Source: Nitrosopumilus sp. (lineage in GTDB: Archaea; Thermoproteota; Nitrososphaeria; Nitrososphaerales; Nitrosopumilaceae). From it: DNA of 64,000 bases. Under the pieces are notes generated by a model that was not told the DNA's origin, did not search any database, and saw only the letters and a list, made by a program, of their open reading frames with translations. Shown here in pieces: positions 10,366-25,296 of the stretch. A program made the position numbers and the translations under genes. The stretch is from assembly GCA_965223425.1 (NCBI GenBank), contig OZ245003.1:1792001-1856000 (forward strand), read 5' to 3'. The stretch's first letter is position 1, and every line of letters begins with the position of its first letter.

Positions 10366-10984
10366 TGGTATGCTTCAACCTCACACAGAATCTTAATGTC
10401 CATAGGTTTTTTCCTAACGGTATTTTTCAACTTGGGCTCGTTTTGTAATTTTTGACAGGTTAAAGAATTTATTGGCTCAGAAAACACCTTATATTCCCTC
10501 AATTTTGTGTGAAAATTAAATTTAATTCTTGAGAGATTTTTATTAAATTCTACCATGACATCTAACACAAAATCATTTGTTTCTCGGGGGTTTTTACTAC
10601 GATAGTTTTCAGTGAGAAATCTAACAAGAACCGATTCCATATTGTTAATGATTTCAGCTTCAGTTGATCTTACTGGATATGTCTTTTGCTTCAAGAAAAA
10701 AGATTCAATAAAAGACAAATCAGACAATTCAACTGTTTGTTTCTCTGCTTTGAAGATACGAAATTCTGTAATGAAGTCTTTAGATGTCTGTTCTATGAAT
10801 GAGATCACCTTTGCAAGCCTGTTCTCCACCTCGCACTTTACCGTTTCAGGCATACATTTTTCAAATGAAAAAATCTTTTGAAACCCGTCTATGGCACCAG
10901 AACGTGATGATTGAGCCTCGTTTCCAAACACTTCTGCTAGAAAAATGGACGAATCAACACAAACCGCAATATTGTCTGCTTTAG

Positions 10985-11911
10985 TCATGTTTCAAGGATT
11001 ATTTGATTTAATTTTTCTTCAAAATCCTTAAAAGATTCAGACTTGGAAGAATTCAAAACAATATCCTCACTCAGATATTTTTTATCTAGAAAATTTGTTA
11101 ATTCAAAAAGGTTCTTTCTAAATATGTTTAAATGGATTCTAAATTTTTCTTCAGAGCTACTTTCAAGAGTAAGAGGTATGGATCTGAACAAGTCTTTCAT
11201 TTCTGTTGCACTGTTGGATTTTAGATAGAATCCAAGTGTAAGTTCGGAACGCGATGTTTTTGTAAGTATTTCTGAAAGATTCTTATGCTGTCTTTCATAC
11301 TTTGATAATTCATTTTTTATTTTTATATTATTTGCCCTTACTAGATATAATCTGTTTTGTAGTTTGGTCAGGTCGCTTGCAAGAGATCTCATCACGGATA
11401 TTTTCTCTATGTATGAAAGATTGTACAGACTATACAATTCCAATGGCAAATTAGAATCTAAAAACTCCGCCATGGATTTTCTGTGCCATTCATCATATGA
11501 GGTTTTAAGCACTAATGATAATTTAGACAAGGAATCGATCATCAAGCTAAATTGTTCGTGTGGATCGTCTGGAAAATTGGTTTTAAAAGTGTCAAGCACC
11601 TCTTGGATTTTGACATATTCGTTTAAGAATTCTGAAAAATACTTTTTCCACAATGCTAGATATGCATCTGTGGTAAACCAGTTTGCTCTGAAAGAAATTT
11701 GATTTGCAACAGATTCTATCTCATTTGATATTATTTTCTCCAGATCTGGTTGTTTGTCAGGGGTCAGATCAATGACGGTTCTTTTCTGATAATGCTTTGA
11801 GGCCATTTTTTTCTTAAGACTTGGCTGGAAATATTGCAATACATACAAAACAGCTGATTTTGTAAAATTATGCTTGTCATAATTCTGGAAATCGGCAGTT
11901 AACGCTTGCAA
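10985..11911 (-). CDS. Hypothetical helical protein, translationally coupled to the PIN-like gene
   Basis: 308-aa AT-rich ORF with an ATGA overlap with the downstream gene; no recognisable motif. Confidence 0.65.
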   Translation of the reverse strand: MQALTADFQNYDKHNFTKSAVLYVLQYFQPSLKKKMASKHYQKRTVIDLTPDKQPDLEKIISNEIESVANQISFRANWFTTDAYLALWKKYFSEFLNEYVKIQEVLDTFKTNFPDDPHEQFSLMIDSLSKLSLVLKTSYDEWHRKSMAEFLDSNLPLELYSLYNLSYIEKISVMRSLASDLTKLQNRLYLVRANNIKIKNELSKYERQHKNLSEILTKTSRSELTLGFYLKSNSATEMKDLFRSIPLTLESSSEEKFRIHLNIFRKNLFELTNFLDKKYLSEDIVLNSSKSESFKDFEEKLNQIILET

Positions 11912-12066
11912 TTAAACCACTTGATTTACTGTGCAAGATTCCTTGCATATAATATCTTCTATATGGGGTGCCCTAGAAATCATCAAGATTTCACCTCCTT
12001 GTAGATCATGCCAGACCTCATGGAACAATCAGATTGGTACCAGAATCCCTTTCGGTAGATATCAAG

Positions 12067-12353
12067 GTACGAGTTCACGTCCCCTTACAAATAGGCGCGA
12101 ATTTTACGGAATTTGTGTTGTTTACGCAGAGTAGGTGAACTCATATCCATGTGCCATCCTTATAAGAATTCCCAACATTTTTCATCCTGACAGGTACGGC
12201 ACAAGCTAGGATTATTTCCAGACCGCAAAGGCCCAAGACAACAAAGAGGCGAACAGTTATCCATCCGAGGCAATCACAGAGGCAATCCCTCAGTATCATT
12301 CTCCATTCTTTTATCAGGGTATAATGCAATTACAAGGCGAGGCATACAGACTA
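12067..12353 (-). ncRNA. Candidate IS110 bridge/seek RNA region (3' non-coding end)
   Basis: About 290 nt of non-coding sequence downstream of the IS110 recombinase, with an inverted repeat GAGTTCAC (12071-12078) / GTGAACTC (12135-12142); motifs are shared with 61125-61340. Confidence 0.45.
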
Positions 12354-14526
12354 CTAGGTCTGTCCCTCAACGAGTTCATCGCAATTGGCATCCTGACTGT
12401 AATTTGTAACAAACGCCCTTCTCTCCTTGAGCATGCGGTAAATGACTCGCAGCAGCTTTGAGGCAGCAGCCACTGATGCACGTCCCTTGCCCCTCCTCTT
12501 TGCAAGCCTCTTGTAGAATATCGAAATGTCAGACTCTGGCGCATACCTTACATGCGACAAGACGCACTCTGTCAGAACCCACCTGCATATGCTGCTTCCA
12601 TGGTGCGTTATGTGTCCATAGTGCACGGACTCGCCGGAGGATCTCACAGACGGAACAACGCCGACATAAGAGCACAGCTTGTGCGAGTTGACGAACCTTC
12701 CTATGCCGTCTATTGTACATGCAATGACCAGTGCAGAGTATGCCCCGACACCCGGAACGGTCTGCAGCAGAGTTGCATCCTCGTTCTCCTTTGCTGCCTG
12801 GCGCACCCTTGCATCTGACTGGAGTATCTTGTCGTTTATGCTGTTTATCGTGTCCAGGTACGAGTCTATCCTATAGTCGCTTATCTTTCGAACCTGCGCA
12901 ATCCATGGCCCGCAAAACGGCTTGCCGTCAGGCCGAATCGATCTCTGCAGCAGTATGCCGTGTATGGAGTTCTTCAGTCCTGTCCTGTGGCGTAGTGAAT
13001 TGGATTAACAATCGGTCACAAAACAGACAACATTGTTTTATCACAAGATCTAGATCCCAGTGTATGGCAGAATCCGCATGAAATACAACAATTCTGCAAT
13101 ACCGGCAGACAGAAGGTTCCTGTCCGGCGTCTCCAGTGCGCGCCTGCGCAGCATGCAAAAAAAGGAGACAGATCCCAGGGCCGCAGCAAGACTGCTGGCA
13201 TATGCCATGCGCAAGGAGGGCATGTCCATACGCCGGATATGCATGGCCCTCAACAGGTCATATTCCACAGTACGGGGCTGGCTTGTGCGCGCCGCACAGC
13301 TTGGCACCTGCGGCAGGTACGACATCAAAAACAAAGGCGCGCCAAACAAGCTCGATCCGGAACAGACAAAGCAGCTGCGCGCAGACCTGCTGGCAGGCCC
13401 GCGCAGTTGCGGGTTCGAGTCCGGAGTGTGGACGGCACCGCTGCTGGCCGCACACATCAGAAAAAAGTTCGGCGTGCAGTATGCCACTGTCAGCATATAT
13501 GACATACTGCACAGGATGGGCTTTTCGTGCAGAAAGCCGCGTCCAAAGCACCCAAGTCAGCCTCAGAATCAGAGAAAAAAGAGTTTAAAAAAAAGCAGAG
13601 GAGATAATCCAGAGTCATCCAGACCATACGGTGATTACAGTTGATGAGGCCTCCTTTATCATTGGGTGGAATACCAAGAACGGGTGGTACCTCAAGGGCA
13701 AGCCCGTCACCACTCCAGTCAGCCTGTCGCGCAAAAGGTTCTACTCGTTTGGGGCGCTGTACGACGGCGGCTTTGACTGCAGGTTCTATGCCAAGGCCGA
13801 CAGCTACGGCTTTGTGGACATGCTCGGACACCTGCATCTCAAGCACGGCAAGATCATCGTCTTTCTTGATAACGCATCGTACCACAAGTCAAAGATGGTC
13901 AATGATTTTGTCGACTCGTATGACGGCGACATAGTCCCTGTTTACTTGCCCGTGTACACCCCGGAGCTGAATACCACGGAGGGGCAGTGGAGGCTGTTAA
14001 GAAGGGCCACTGCAAACGTGATGTATGAAAGCACAAAGGTGATGAAGGAATCCATATGGACAATGCTGGATAGACGTGAGGTCAAGATAACAAGAATGAG
14101 CGGTTATTTATCCTAGTCACTACGTACCAGGTTGTGCCGGTAATTCACCAGGTCCCTGTTGTTCATGTTCTGCAACGTGGGTACGTGGCACGATACTATG
14201 TATCCTCCCCTGTGCATGTCTGCCAGAATTCTGGCATCCACCTTGTCAGTCTTCTTTTTGGACTCTGCTATGAGCTTGGTGGTGTACGGGTTTGACAGCG
14301 ACACGTCCATGCTTAGCTCGTCTCTTATCTGAAAGAACGGCGCCTTCCAGACAGACGAGGATTCCATCACAAGCTTAGAGTCCTTGTGCAAACAGCCTAT
14401 GTTGTACCTGATGTCTTCGGCTGTGTTTGCTATCTCTTTGTTGAGCAGTTCCTCGCCGTTTTCATCCATGACTGACATCTGGATGGTCTTCTTGTGGACA
14501 TCCAGGCCGACAAAGACAGCTGACAT
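12354..14526 (-). pseudogene. IS110-family DEDD recombinase (346 aa reconstructed) interrupted by IS630
   Basis: VGLDVHKK, VMESS, KTDKVDA | RTGLKNSIHGIL, LQTVPGVG, VRSSG, AAASKL. Confidence 0.92.
12993..14122 (+). mobile_element. IS630-family element, copy 1 (1130 bp; orfA 13078-13644, orfB to 14116)
   Basis: TIRs TAGTGAATTGGATTAACAA / TAGTGACTAGGATAAATAA; CG on both flanks; DEA, DNASYH and YTPELN motifs. Confidence 0.93.
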
Positions 14527-15026
14527 GCATATCCTCGGATCTGGGGTTGTGTGTTTGTTTGCATTTCTGATCCTTGCAGTACCGGCTCTGTTTTCTGAAC
14601 CAGAACCACTCTTATCATCTGATTTCCTTGATCGGGGCACATAAGATTACATATCAAGCATCCCATCATTTATGTTGTGCCAGTCTCCCTTATGGCCAAC
14701 AGATCCATACTCATCAACAGATCCATAAAACCTCCTGTTGACATGGATACAGACACTGCGTTATCTTCAATGACAAAACAGGAGATATGCCTGGCTTACG
14801 CTAGGCTGACTAAAAATAAATCACCGTACAAGTCGTGTATATGTTCCACTTGATGAATTAAAAATGAATTCATCGTGCATAGTCTCTATGCCAGGCGTCA
14901 AACACAGACTGCTAGTCAGAAAGTAAATGGTTGAAACACCAAAAATAACGTGCCTAGGACAGATGAAAATTGGTAATGCGTTGAAAAACAAGGGCATAAC
15001 CGTATAATCGTATAATATTATATACT

Positions 15027-15048
15027 ATAGTACCCTATATGGTACTAT
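15027..15048. promoter_or_regulatory. Putative TA operator palindrome ATAGTACC-N6-GGTACTAT
   Basis: Perfect 8-bp arms downstream of an AT-rich TATA region, overlapping the antitoxin start codon. Confidence 0.55.
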
Positions 15049-15286
15049 GGAACCAATGACATCTATTCAAGTTTCTAAAAACTCAAAGGCTATCTGGAAT
15101 ACGTTGAAAAACCATCCTAGTGAATCTTTTGAGACCATGATTAACCGTATGGTAAATATACTAAATGAGGACGATTCTGAATTATTATCTAAAAAAGATG
15201 TTCTGGAAATGGAACAATCAGTTAATGATTTCAAAAATGGCCAATACATCACAAATGATGATCTCAAAAAGAAGTACGGTATATGA
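15047..15286 (+). CDS. Putative antitoxin
   Basis: TSIQVSK...ESFETMINR...acidic tail...LKKKYGI; ATGA overlap with the RelE gene. Confidence 0.75.
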   Translation: MEPMTSIQVSKNSKAIWNTLKNHPSESFETMINRMVNILNEDDSELLSKKDVLEMEQSVNDFKNGQYITNDDLKKKYGI

Positions 15287-15546
15287 AATGGACTGCAGTT
15301 TGGTCTGAAAAGGCAGAAAAAGGATTAACCAAACTTCCAAAGGAAGATGCAAAACGAATTATTCTAAAAACTAGCGACGTAGAAGAAGATCCATTTTCGT
15401 ATCTTGAACGTATGACCAATTCCCCATTTTACAAATTTAGAGTTGGAATGTGTAGAATAATAATAGTAGTAGTAGTAGATGTTGTAAATGACAAACTCAT
15501 ACTTCACATGGTTAAAGTGAAGGAAAGATCCAGAGTTTATAATTAA
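15283..15546 (+). CDS. RelE/ParE-family toxin
   Basis: WSEKAEKGLTKL...YKFRVG.RII...RSRVY. Confidence 0.82.
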   Translation: MKWTAVWSEKAEKGLTKLPKEDAKRIILKTSDVEEDPFSYLERMTNSPFYKFRVGMCRIIIVVVVDVVNDKLILHMVKVKERSRVYN

Positions 15547-15699
15547 TAATCTACAAATCAAATTATTTTGTAGTACGTCGTCTCAAGTTTGCCACCCATC
15601 ATTTGAAAATGCTAACTAATAATGCACCAACAGCTATTATTGGAATTAAAATATACTGTACAAAATTTTTAAAATTATTTTTAATATTTCTTTTTTTAT

Positions 15700-15938
15700 G
15701 TAGATCTTTTTGATCTTTTACATGTCTTCATCCATATCAGTTATTGTGTACCTTCCGCTTGTTTCAGTTATTCTATTTCGAGTCACTAACATAGACATTA
15801 CTTTTATCAAAAGGATTTGATTGCCAATCTTCTACAGAAGATGCTAGACGGTATTTTTGCATCAACTCATCAAATTAAATCTGAGGATTTTTTTTTTGGA
15901 TTATATCCAAAATGGTTCCGACAGTATCAAGCCTCATG
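15700..15938 (-). pseudogene. Degraded small winged-helix-like ORF
   Basis: MRLDTVGTILDIIQKKNPQI*FDELMQKY...GRYTIT, with a stop and a frameshift. Confidence 0.25.
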
Positions 15939-16131
15939 ATTTTATTAAAAATATTATCTGAGTTTAAAAATGTACAGCATCCGCTAAGGGTGTTAAAAAT
16001 GAAATTACAGAATAGGAAATCCTATCCTGCAATTAGAATTGAAATCATCGTGTAATATGTGATCATCGTGCACTTCCTTGTGTTTTCATACCAAGTAAAT
16101 GGTCAAACACAAGGAAATCGCCTCTATGTAA

Positions 16132-19136
<3,005 letters not shown>

Positions 19137-19237
19137 ATATTACACGACTATGCACGACGATCATTGCAAGTCTCCTGGCAGAGAACCTGCTACATCCTTC
19201 ATACACCACTTTCGTGATGCATTGCATCGATGATTCA

Positions 19238-20822
<1,585 letters not shown>

Positions 20823-20964
20823 TTCAGATATTGATCACTTGATCAAATCCTCATTTTTGTATGCGTAACTGGAGGCCCATGAATCACAAAATGGCATAAT
20901 GCCATACTTCATCACAAGCGCCGCCTATTGCGTTACGTATGCAGAAGGTGAAGAAAGCAGAATC

Positions 20965-20972
20965 CATATAAA
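20965..20972 (-). promoter_or_regulatory. Putative TATA box of the rRNA operon
   Basis: TTTATATG on the minus strand, about 220 nt upstream of the 16S. Confidence 0.45.
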
Positions 20973-21115
20973 CCATGCGTGAAATTATGCCTGATCGGCA
21001 AAAAAGTTGAAAAAATTACAGGCTTTCAATTTAGGTCATTTTCAGGCACGAATTGGGATGATTTTTTGGGATTGAAAGAATTTGATAGTTAAAATTGTAG
21101 AGTTTGTTTTGAAAA

Positions 21116-22414
21116 TTGCTTTTGAGGAATTATATTTCAGAATACAAAAAGAAAACAAAGACATCTGCAAAGATATTTTCCAAGTCTTCAAAACTTCATG
21201 TCAATGGCGTTTCTCACAACATAAGATTTTATGAGCCATATCCATTTGTCGTAAAATCATCTGCAGGAAAAAATCTTGTTGATGTAGATAACAACAAGTA
21301 TGCGGATTACTGGATGGGTCATTGGTCTTTGATTTTAGGGCATGATCCAAGAAATGTCAAAGAATCTTTGAAAAAACAGATTGAGAAAGGCTGGATGTAT
21401 GGAACTGTAAATGAGCAGACAGTAAAACTATCAGAATTAATTTCAAAGGCAGTTCCAGTTGCTGAAAAAATTCGTTATGTTACATCAGGAACAGAAGCTA
21501 CAATGTATGCAGTAAGATTAGCCCGTTCTGTTACAGGTCGAAAAGTGATTGCAAAAATTGATGGGGGATGGCACGGATATACTTCGGATTTATTGAAGAG
21601 TGTGAATTGGCCATTCTCAGAGTCAGAAAGTAGTGGAGTAATCAATGAAGAAAAAATTGTCTCAATCCCTTACAATGATTTGGAGGAGTCCTTGGAAATC
21701 CTAAAAAAACATGCAAAGAATCTGGCAGGCGTAATTGTCGAACCTGTGTTAGGCGGAGGAGGGTGCATTCCGGCCACCAGAGAATATCTTAAAGGAATTC
21801 AAGAATTTGTCCACAAAAACAAATCTCTGTTTATCTTAGATGAAATAGTCACCGGCTTTAGATTCAGATATGGATGCCTCTATCCAACTATGAGACTTGA
21901 TCCTGATATTGTAACTTTAGGAAAAATTGTCGGGGGCGGAATGGCAATTGGGGTAATGTGCGGGAAAAAGGAGATCATGGAGTATGCCAACACCGCCGGA
22001 AGAAAAAAATCAGAACGCTCCTATGTTGGAGGCGGGACATTTTCTGCAAATCCAGCTTCGATGATATCAGGACATGCAGCACTAAGTCATCTTAAATCAA
22101 AAAAATCAGTATATTCAAAAATTAACTCACTTGGAGAACTTGCCAGAAAGGGGATTGGAAAGGCATTGGATGGAAGAGTTGCAGTAACTGGAAAAGGATC
22201 ACTGTTTATGACTCATTTTCTAAAAAAGGGCACAACTGAGATTACAAATTCTGCACAGGCTGCAAAATGTGATTCTGCGATGCTTAGAAAATATCACTTT
22301 AAGATGATTGCTCATGACGGAATCTTCTTTTTGCCAGGCAAATTGGGAGCAATTTCAGATGCCCATACCAAAGATGATGTCAAAAAGATGGTTAGAGCAT
22401 CTGAAAATTTTTAG
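21116..22414 (+). CDS. hemL: Glutamate-1-semialdehyde 2,1-aminomutase (class III aminotransferase)
   Basis: [42 protein letters not shown]. Confidence 0.8.
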   Translation: MLLRNYISEYKKKTKTSAKIFSKSSKLHVNGVSHNIRFYEPYPFVVKSSAGKNLVDVDNNKYADYWMGHWSLILGHDPRNVKESLKKQIEKGWMYGTVNEQTVKLSELISKAVPVAEKIRYVTSGTEATMYAVRLARSVTGRKVIAKIDGGWHGYTSDLLKSVNWPFSESESSGVINEEKIVSIPYNDLEESLEILKKHAKNLAGVIVEPVLGGGGCIPATREYLKGIQEFVHKNKSLFILDEIVTGFRFRYGCLYPTMRLDPDIVTLGKIVGGGMAIGVMCGKKEIMEYANTAGRKKSERSYVGGGTFSANPASMISGHAALSHLKSKKSVYSKINSLGELARKGIGKALDGRVAVTGKGSLFMTHFLKKGTTEITNSAQAAKCDSAMLRKYHFKMIAHDGIFFLPGKLGAISDAHTKDDVKKMVRASENF

Positions 22415-22417
22415 AAA

Positions 22418-22783
22418 TTATAAACCGCTTGGAAATGCGGTATTTTTCCAAATAGTTAGTTGATTAAAGACATCCACGTAATTTTCAGATTTTATGGTGA
22501 CATGGACATGGGCAAAAAGATCTCCAAATCGGGCCTCAAATATCAAGGTACACTCTTTTTTAAAAAAAGGAACGGTGATTCCAACTTTTTTCAGGGAAGT
22601 GAATTTGAAATTTTCAATTTGGATGATGTTGTCTTTGATTGTGACTTGTTTTTTTGCAGGATTCTTGTTGACAGAGTCATCTAACTCTTTTTGAACAGAG
22701 TCATTCCAAACAGGACTGTCTTGAGGCCATCTGTGTACATGAATTTTATCACAAAAATATTGAATCTCAGAGGCAGACAACAA
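22418..22783 (-). CDS. Conserved hypothetical protein
   Basis: Full ORF with host-like codon usage between convergent genes. Confidence 0.65.
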   Translation of the reverse strand: MLSASEIQYFCDKIHVHRWPQDSPVWNDSVQKELDDSVNKNPAKKQVTIKDNIIQIENFKFTSLKKVGITVPFFKKECTLIFEARFGDLFAHVHVTIKSENYVDVFNQLTIWKNTAFPSGL

Positions 22784-22850
22784 TCAAATTCATTTCTATT
22801 TCAAATTAAGCGTATCTTAATACATTGACGCGCCAAAAATTGAGGACTAA

Positions 22851-23057
22851 CTAGGACATTGTTCTGAGTTGTTTCTCAGTATCTCTGATAAAATCCTCAT
22901 ATTTTATAATCATGGTAGTAAGGCGAAATGCGTTGATTTGATCTTCATTATTTTTTGATCCCAAGAAGGGCTTTCTTTGTTCCATCAATCTTTGCTGTTC
23001 TTCTGTTGCTTTGAGAATATCGTTTCTAAGATCTTGGCTTGTTGCCATGCACACCAT
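22851..23057 (-). CDS. Small conserved coiled-coil protein
   Basis: MATSQDLRNDILKATEEQQRLM...; thaumarchaeal-style small ORF. Confidence 0.65.
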   Translation of the reverse strand: MVCMATSQDLRNDILKATEEQQRLMEQRKPFLGSKNNEDQINAFRLTTMIIKYEDFIRDTEKQLRTMS

Positions 23058-23188
23058 ATGTGAGTTTTAGATTTAAGAATTTCATTTGGTTTTAAAAGAT
23101 TGCAACTGTTTAATTTTTTTAAAATTAATTTACAAATATAAAGAAAACATTACCAGAATTTAAAATATAGATTTGCAGTAACTGAGCA

Positions 23189-23707
23189 ATGCCAAAAGCC
23201 TATGTCTTAATCAGCGGAAAATTAGGATTGGAGAATGAGATAATATCTAAATTAAAAACAATTGAAAACGTGGTTGATGCTCATGGAACACTTGGCACAT
23301 TTGATTTTATATCCAAAGTAGAAGCAGACTCTGAAGAGCAAGTCAATCAAACCATCTTGGAGAAGATTCGCAAGATGGATAATGTTAGTGCCACTATCAC
23401 ACTGACAGTCGTTGAAGATACAGATTTTTTCGTAGTGGATTCAAACAAGCTTACTGGTTCAATTTTGGGAGGGATTGGCGCACAAGCTTATGTGGTGTTT
23501 CATACAGATCGCGGAAAAGAAATTCTAGTCGCAAAAAATTTCAATAAAATTCCTGAAGTCAAAGAAGTAGATGTCGTGCTAGGATACTATGATGTGATAG
23601 GAAAAATCGAGACATCCAGTCACAAGGAACTTGAAAAGATAGTTACAAAAGACGTTAGAAAAATAGGAAATGTTCAGAGTTCGATGACTCTAATGGTTAA
23701 TGTGTAA
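23189..23707 (+). CDS. Tandem Lrp/AsnC ligand-binding-domain protein
   Basis: Two repeats of AYVLI...G.YD.I.K.E. Confidence 0.85.
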   Translation: MPKAYVLISGKLGLENEIISKLKTIENVVDAHGTLGTFDFISKVEADSEEQVNQTILEKIRKMDNVSATITLTVVEDTDFFVVDSNKLTGSILGGIGAQAYVVFHTDRGKEILVAKNFNKIPEVKEVDVVLGYYDVIGKIETSSHKELEKIVTKDVRKIGNVQSSMTLMVNV

Positions 23708-24298
23708 AATAGTGAATGGTCAAGTAAAGGCCAATATTTTGCCCCTTGCAACTCTATCTAGAAATTTCTGTCTTTTTCTCTATCTTCCATCTTTTTAGAC
23801 ATGGTTGAATATGATAACTATTTGATAGAATGCAGTTAGGGCAAATTCTGAAAAAATGTCTAAAATTGATCAAAAGAATAAACATCTTTAAAGAAATAAT
23901 TTTTCAGATTTAATTTCATTATATCTTACAATACTATATGAAAGAAGAGGCTCTCTGTAGAAACCATCTGGTTTTGAACGTTAATCAAAAGACTCGGATA
24001 TTTGATTGACATACTTGAAATGGATGTGCCTTCTTCTTTGTATGATCAAATGCGCGACTTGACTGGTTCGAGACGCTCCGTGATGATCATCATTTGACAA
24101 AAAATAAAAAACCCAATTTAAAGTGGGAGTCATTTGTAAACACATCAACAGAGCCTCCTTGAGGCAAAATCTACAACATAGGTGATTTGAAATTCTTACC
24201 AACGAGCAGATACGATGTTTGAAAACTATCCTTGTTAAGAAGTGGCTTTTTCTCCCAGTTCCACCACTATTTCTTTGGTTTGTTTTTTGGTGAGCAAT

Positions 24299-24565
24299 CT
24301 ATTCCTCCAGATATTCCTGAATTTTATCAACCATCTTTGGGTTGAGACTTGCCTCTAATCCATATCCTGTAGGTTTTGATAGAATTAGATTCTCTTTGAT
24401 CAAGACTTCTCCCATCTTGTCTACTTTTTTGGAACCCTGTTTTCCTGTGTCCCTTTGGGTGAACCCTTTCTTGAGATTCTCAAACGAGGTATGGCTACCA
24501 CCCCAGTTTCCACGTCTGTGTAGTTTTCGTATGATCCTCCCCTTGATTTCTTCATCAGTTAGCAT
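24299..24565 (-). CDS. Hypothetical basic protein
   Basis: KLHRRGNWGGSHT...LIKENLILSKPTGYGLEASLNP; divergent from a wHTH gene. Confidence 0.65.
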   Translation of the reverse strand: MLTDEEIKGRIIRKLHRRGNWGGSHTSFENLKKGFTQRDTGKQGSKKVDKMGEVLIKENLILSKPTGYGLEASLNPKMVDKIQEYLEE

Positions 24566-24627
24566 ATGTTTACTTAGAGTACCTTTGTTGGTTCACACTT
24601 AAATATATTTGAAGGAATGGTAATACT

Positions 24628-24951
24628 ATGGAAAATAGATCATTACTCCTACAGTACATGGGAGACACACCTAAACTCAGAATAATAGACTTTTTTCTGG
24701 ATAACAAAGAGAGTGACTATTCTAAAAAAGAGATCATAGAGTACACAGGCATCTCAAAGACTACACTATACAAGATTTGGGATGAGATTTTAAAATTCGA
24801 GTATCTAAAAACAACAAGAAAGTATGGCAAGGCCCAACTGTATGCGCTAAATCCAGATAGTATGCTTATCCAAAAGTTCAAGGATTTGGATAATGAGTTA
24901 GGCAGACAGGCCATGCAAAAGGCAATCGAAAACCCAATTCCTGCTCAGTAG
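24628..24951 (+). CDS. Winged-helix DNA-binding protein
   Basis: GDTPKLRIIDFFL...DYSKKEIIEYTGISKTTLYKIW...TRKYGKAQLYALN. Confidence 0.8.
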   Translation: MENRSLLLQYMGDTPKLRIIDFFLDNKESDYSKKEIIEYTGISKTTLYKIWDEILKFEYLKTTRKYGKAQLYALNPDSMLIQKFKDLDNELGRQAMQKAIENPIPAQ

Positions 24952-25296
24952 ACTTGTCATTACCACTAGTAGTCGGGATGCAGTGGCAATCATAAATTCG
25001 TTAGGATCCGGACAAATTTCTGTCCAGATATGTCATTATGTCAAGCCCATACCTTACGGTCCTAAAGTATCCTGATACCGATTGCACATGTCTTGCTTTG
25101 TAGGATAATATCTGAATACGGGCAGGCCGCATCTACTGCGGTTGCAGACCTACACGTGTTTACGTGGACCATTGTCATATGATGTAAAATGTCTGGCAAA
25201 ACAGAGGCTGCCCGCATCGCATTTGAGAGGTGATTAAAAAATTCAAATCATCAGGACAAGCCAAACTTTCATTAGCAGTGTTATTTTGTAAAAATC

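Larger units (their letters stand above)
9068..10988 (-). pseudogene. PIN-domain-like protein (258 aa reconstructed) interrupted by IS630
   Basis: N-terminal VCVDSSIFLA and MDIKILCE; the C-terminal CLFATTDNNDFL...KCIDP* at 9068-9223 rejoins in frame after removing the IS. Confidence 0.7.
12067..14650 (-). mobile_element. IS110-family element carrying a nested IS630
   Basis: Recombinase halves at 14526-14123 and 12992-12354, a long 3' non-coding end, and ATATCAAG repeated at 12059-12066 and 14651-14658. Boundaries are tentative. Confidence 0.75.

Noticed and set aside
9939-10988. 349-aa ORF as a genuine protein
   Set aside because: Chimeric read-through of the PIN-like gene into the IS630; the true C-terminus is at 9068-9223.
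23940-24290. Possible IS5 relic or small gene
   Set aside because: Only a faint VICKHINR resemblance; too degraded to call.
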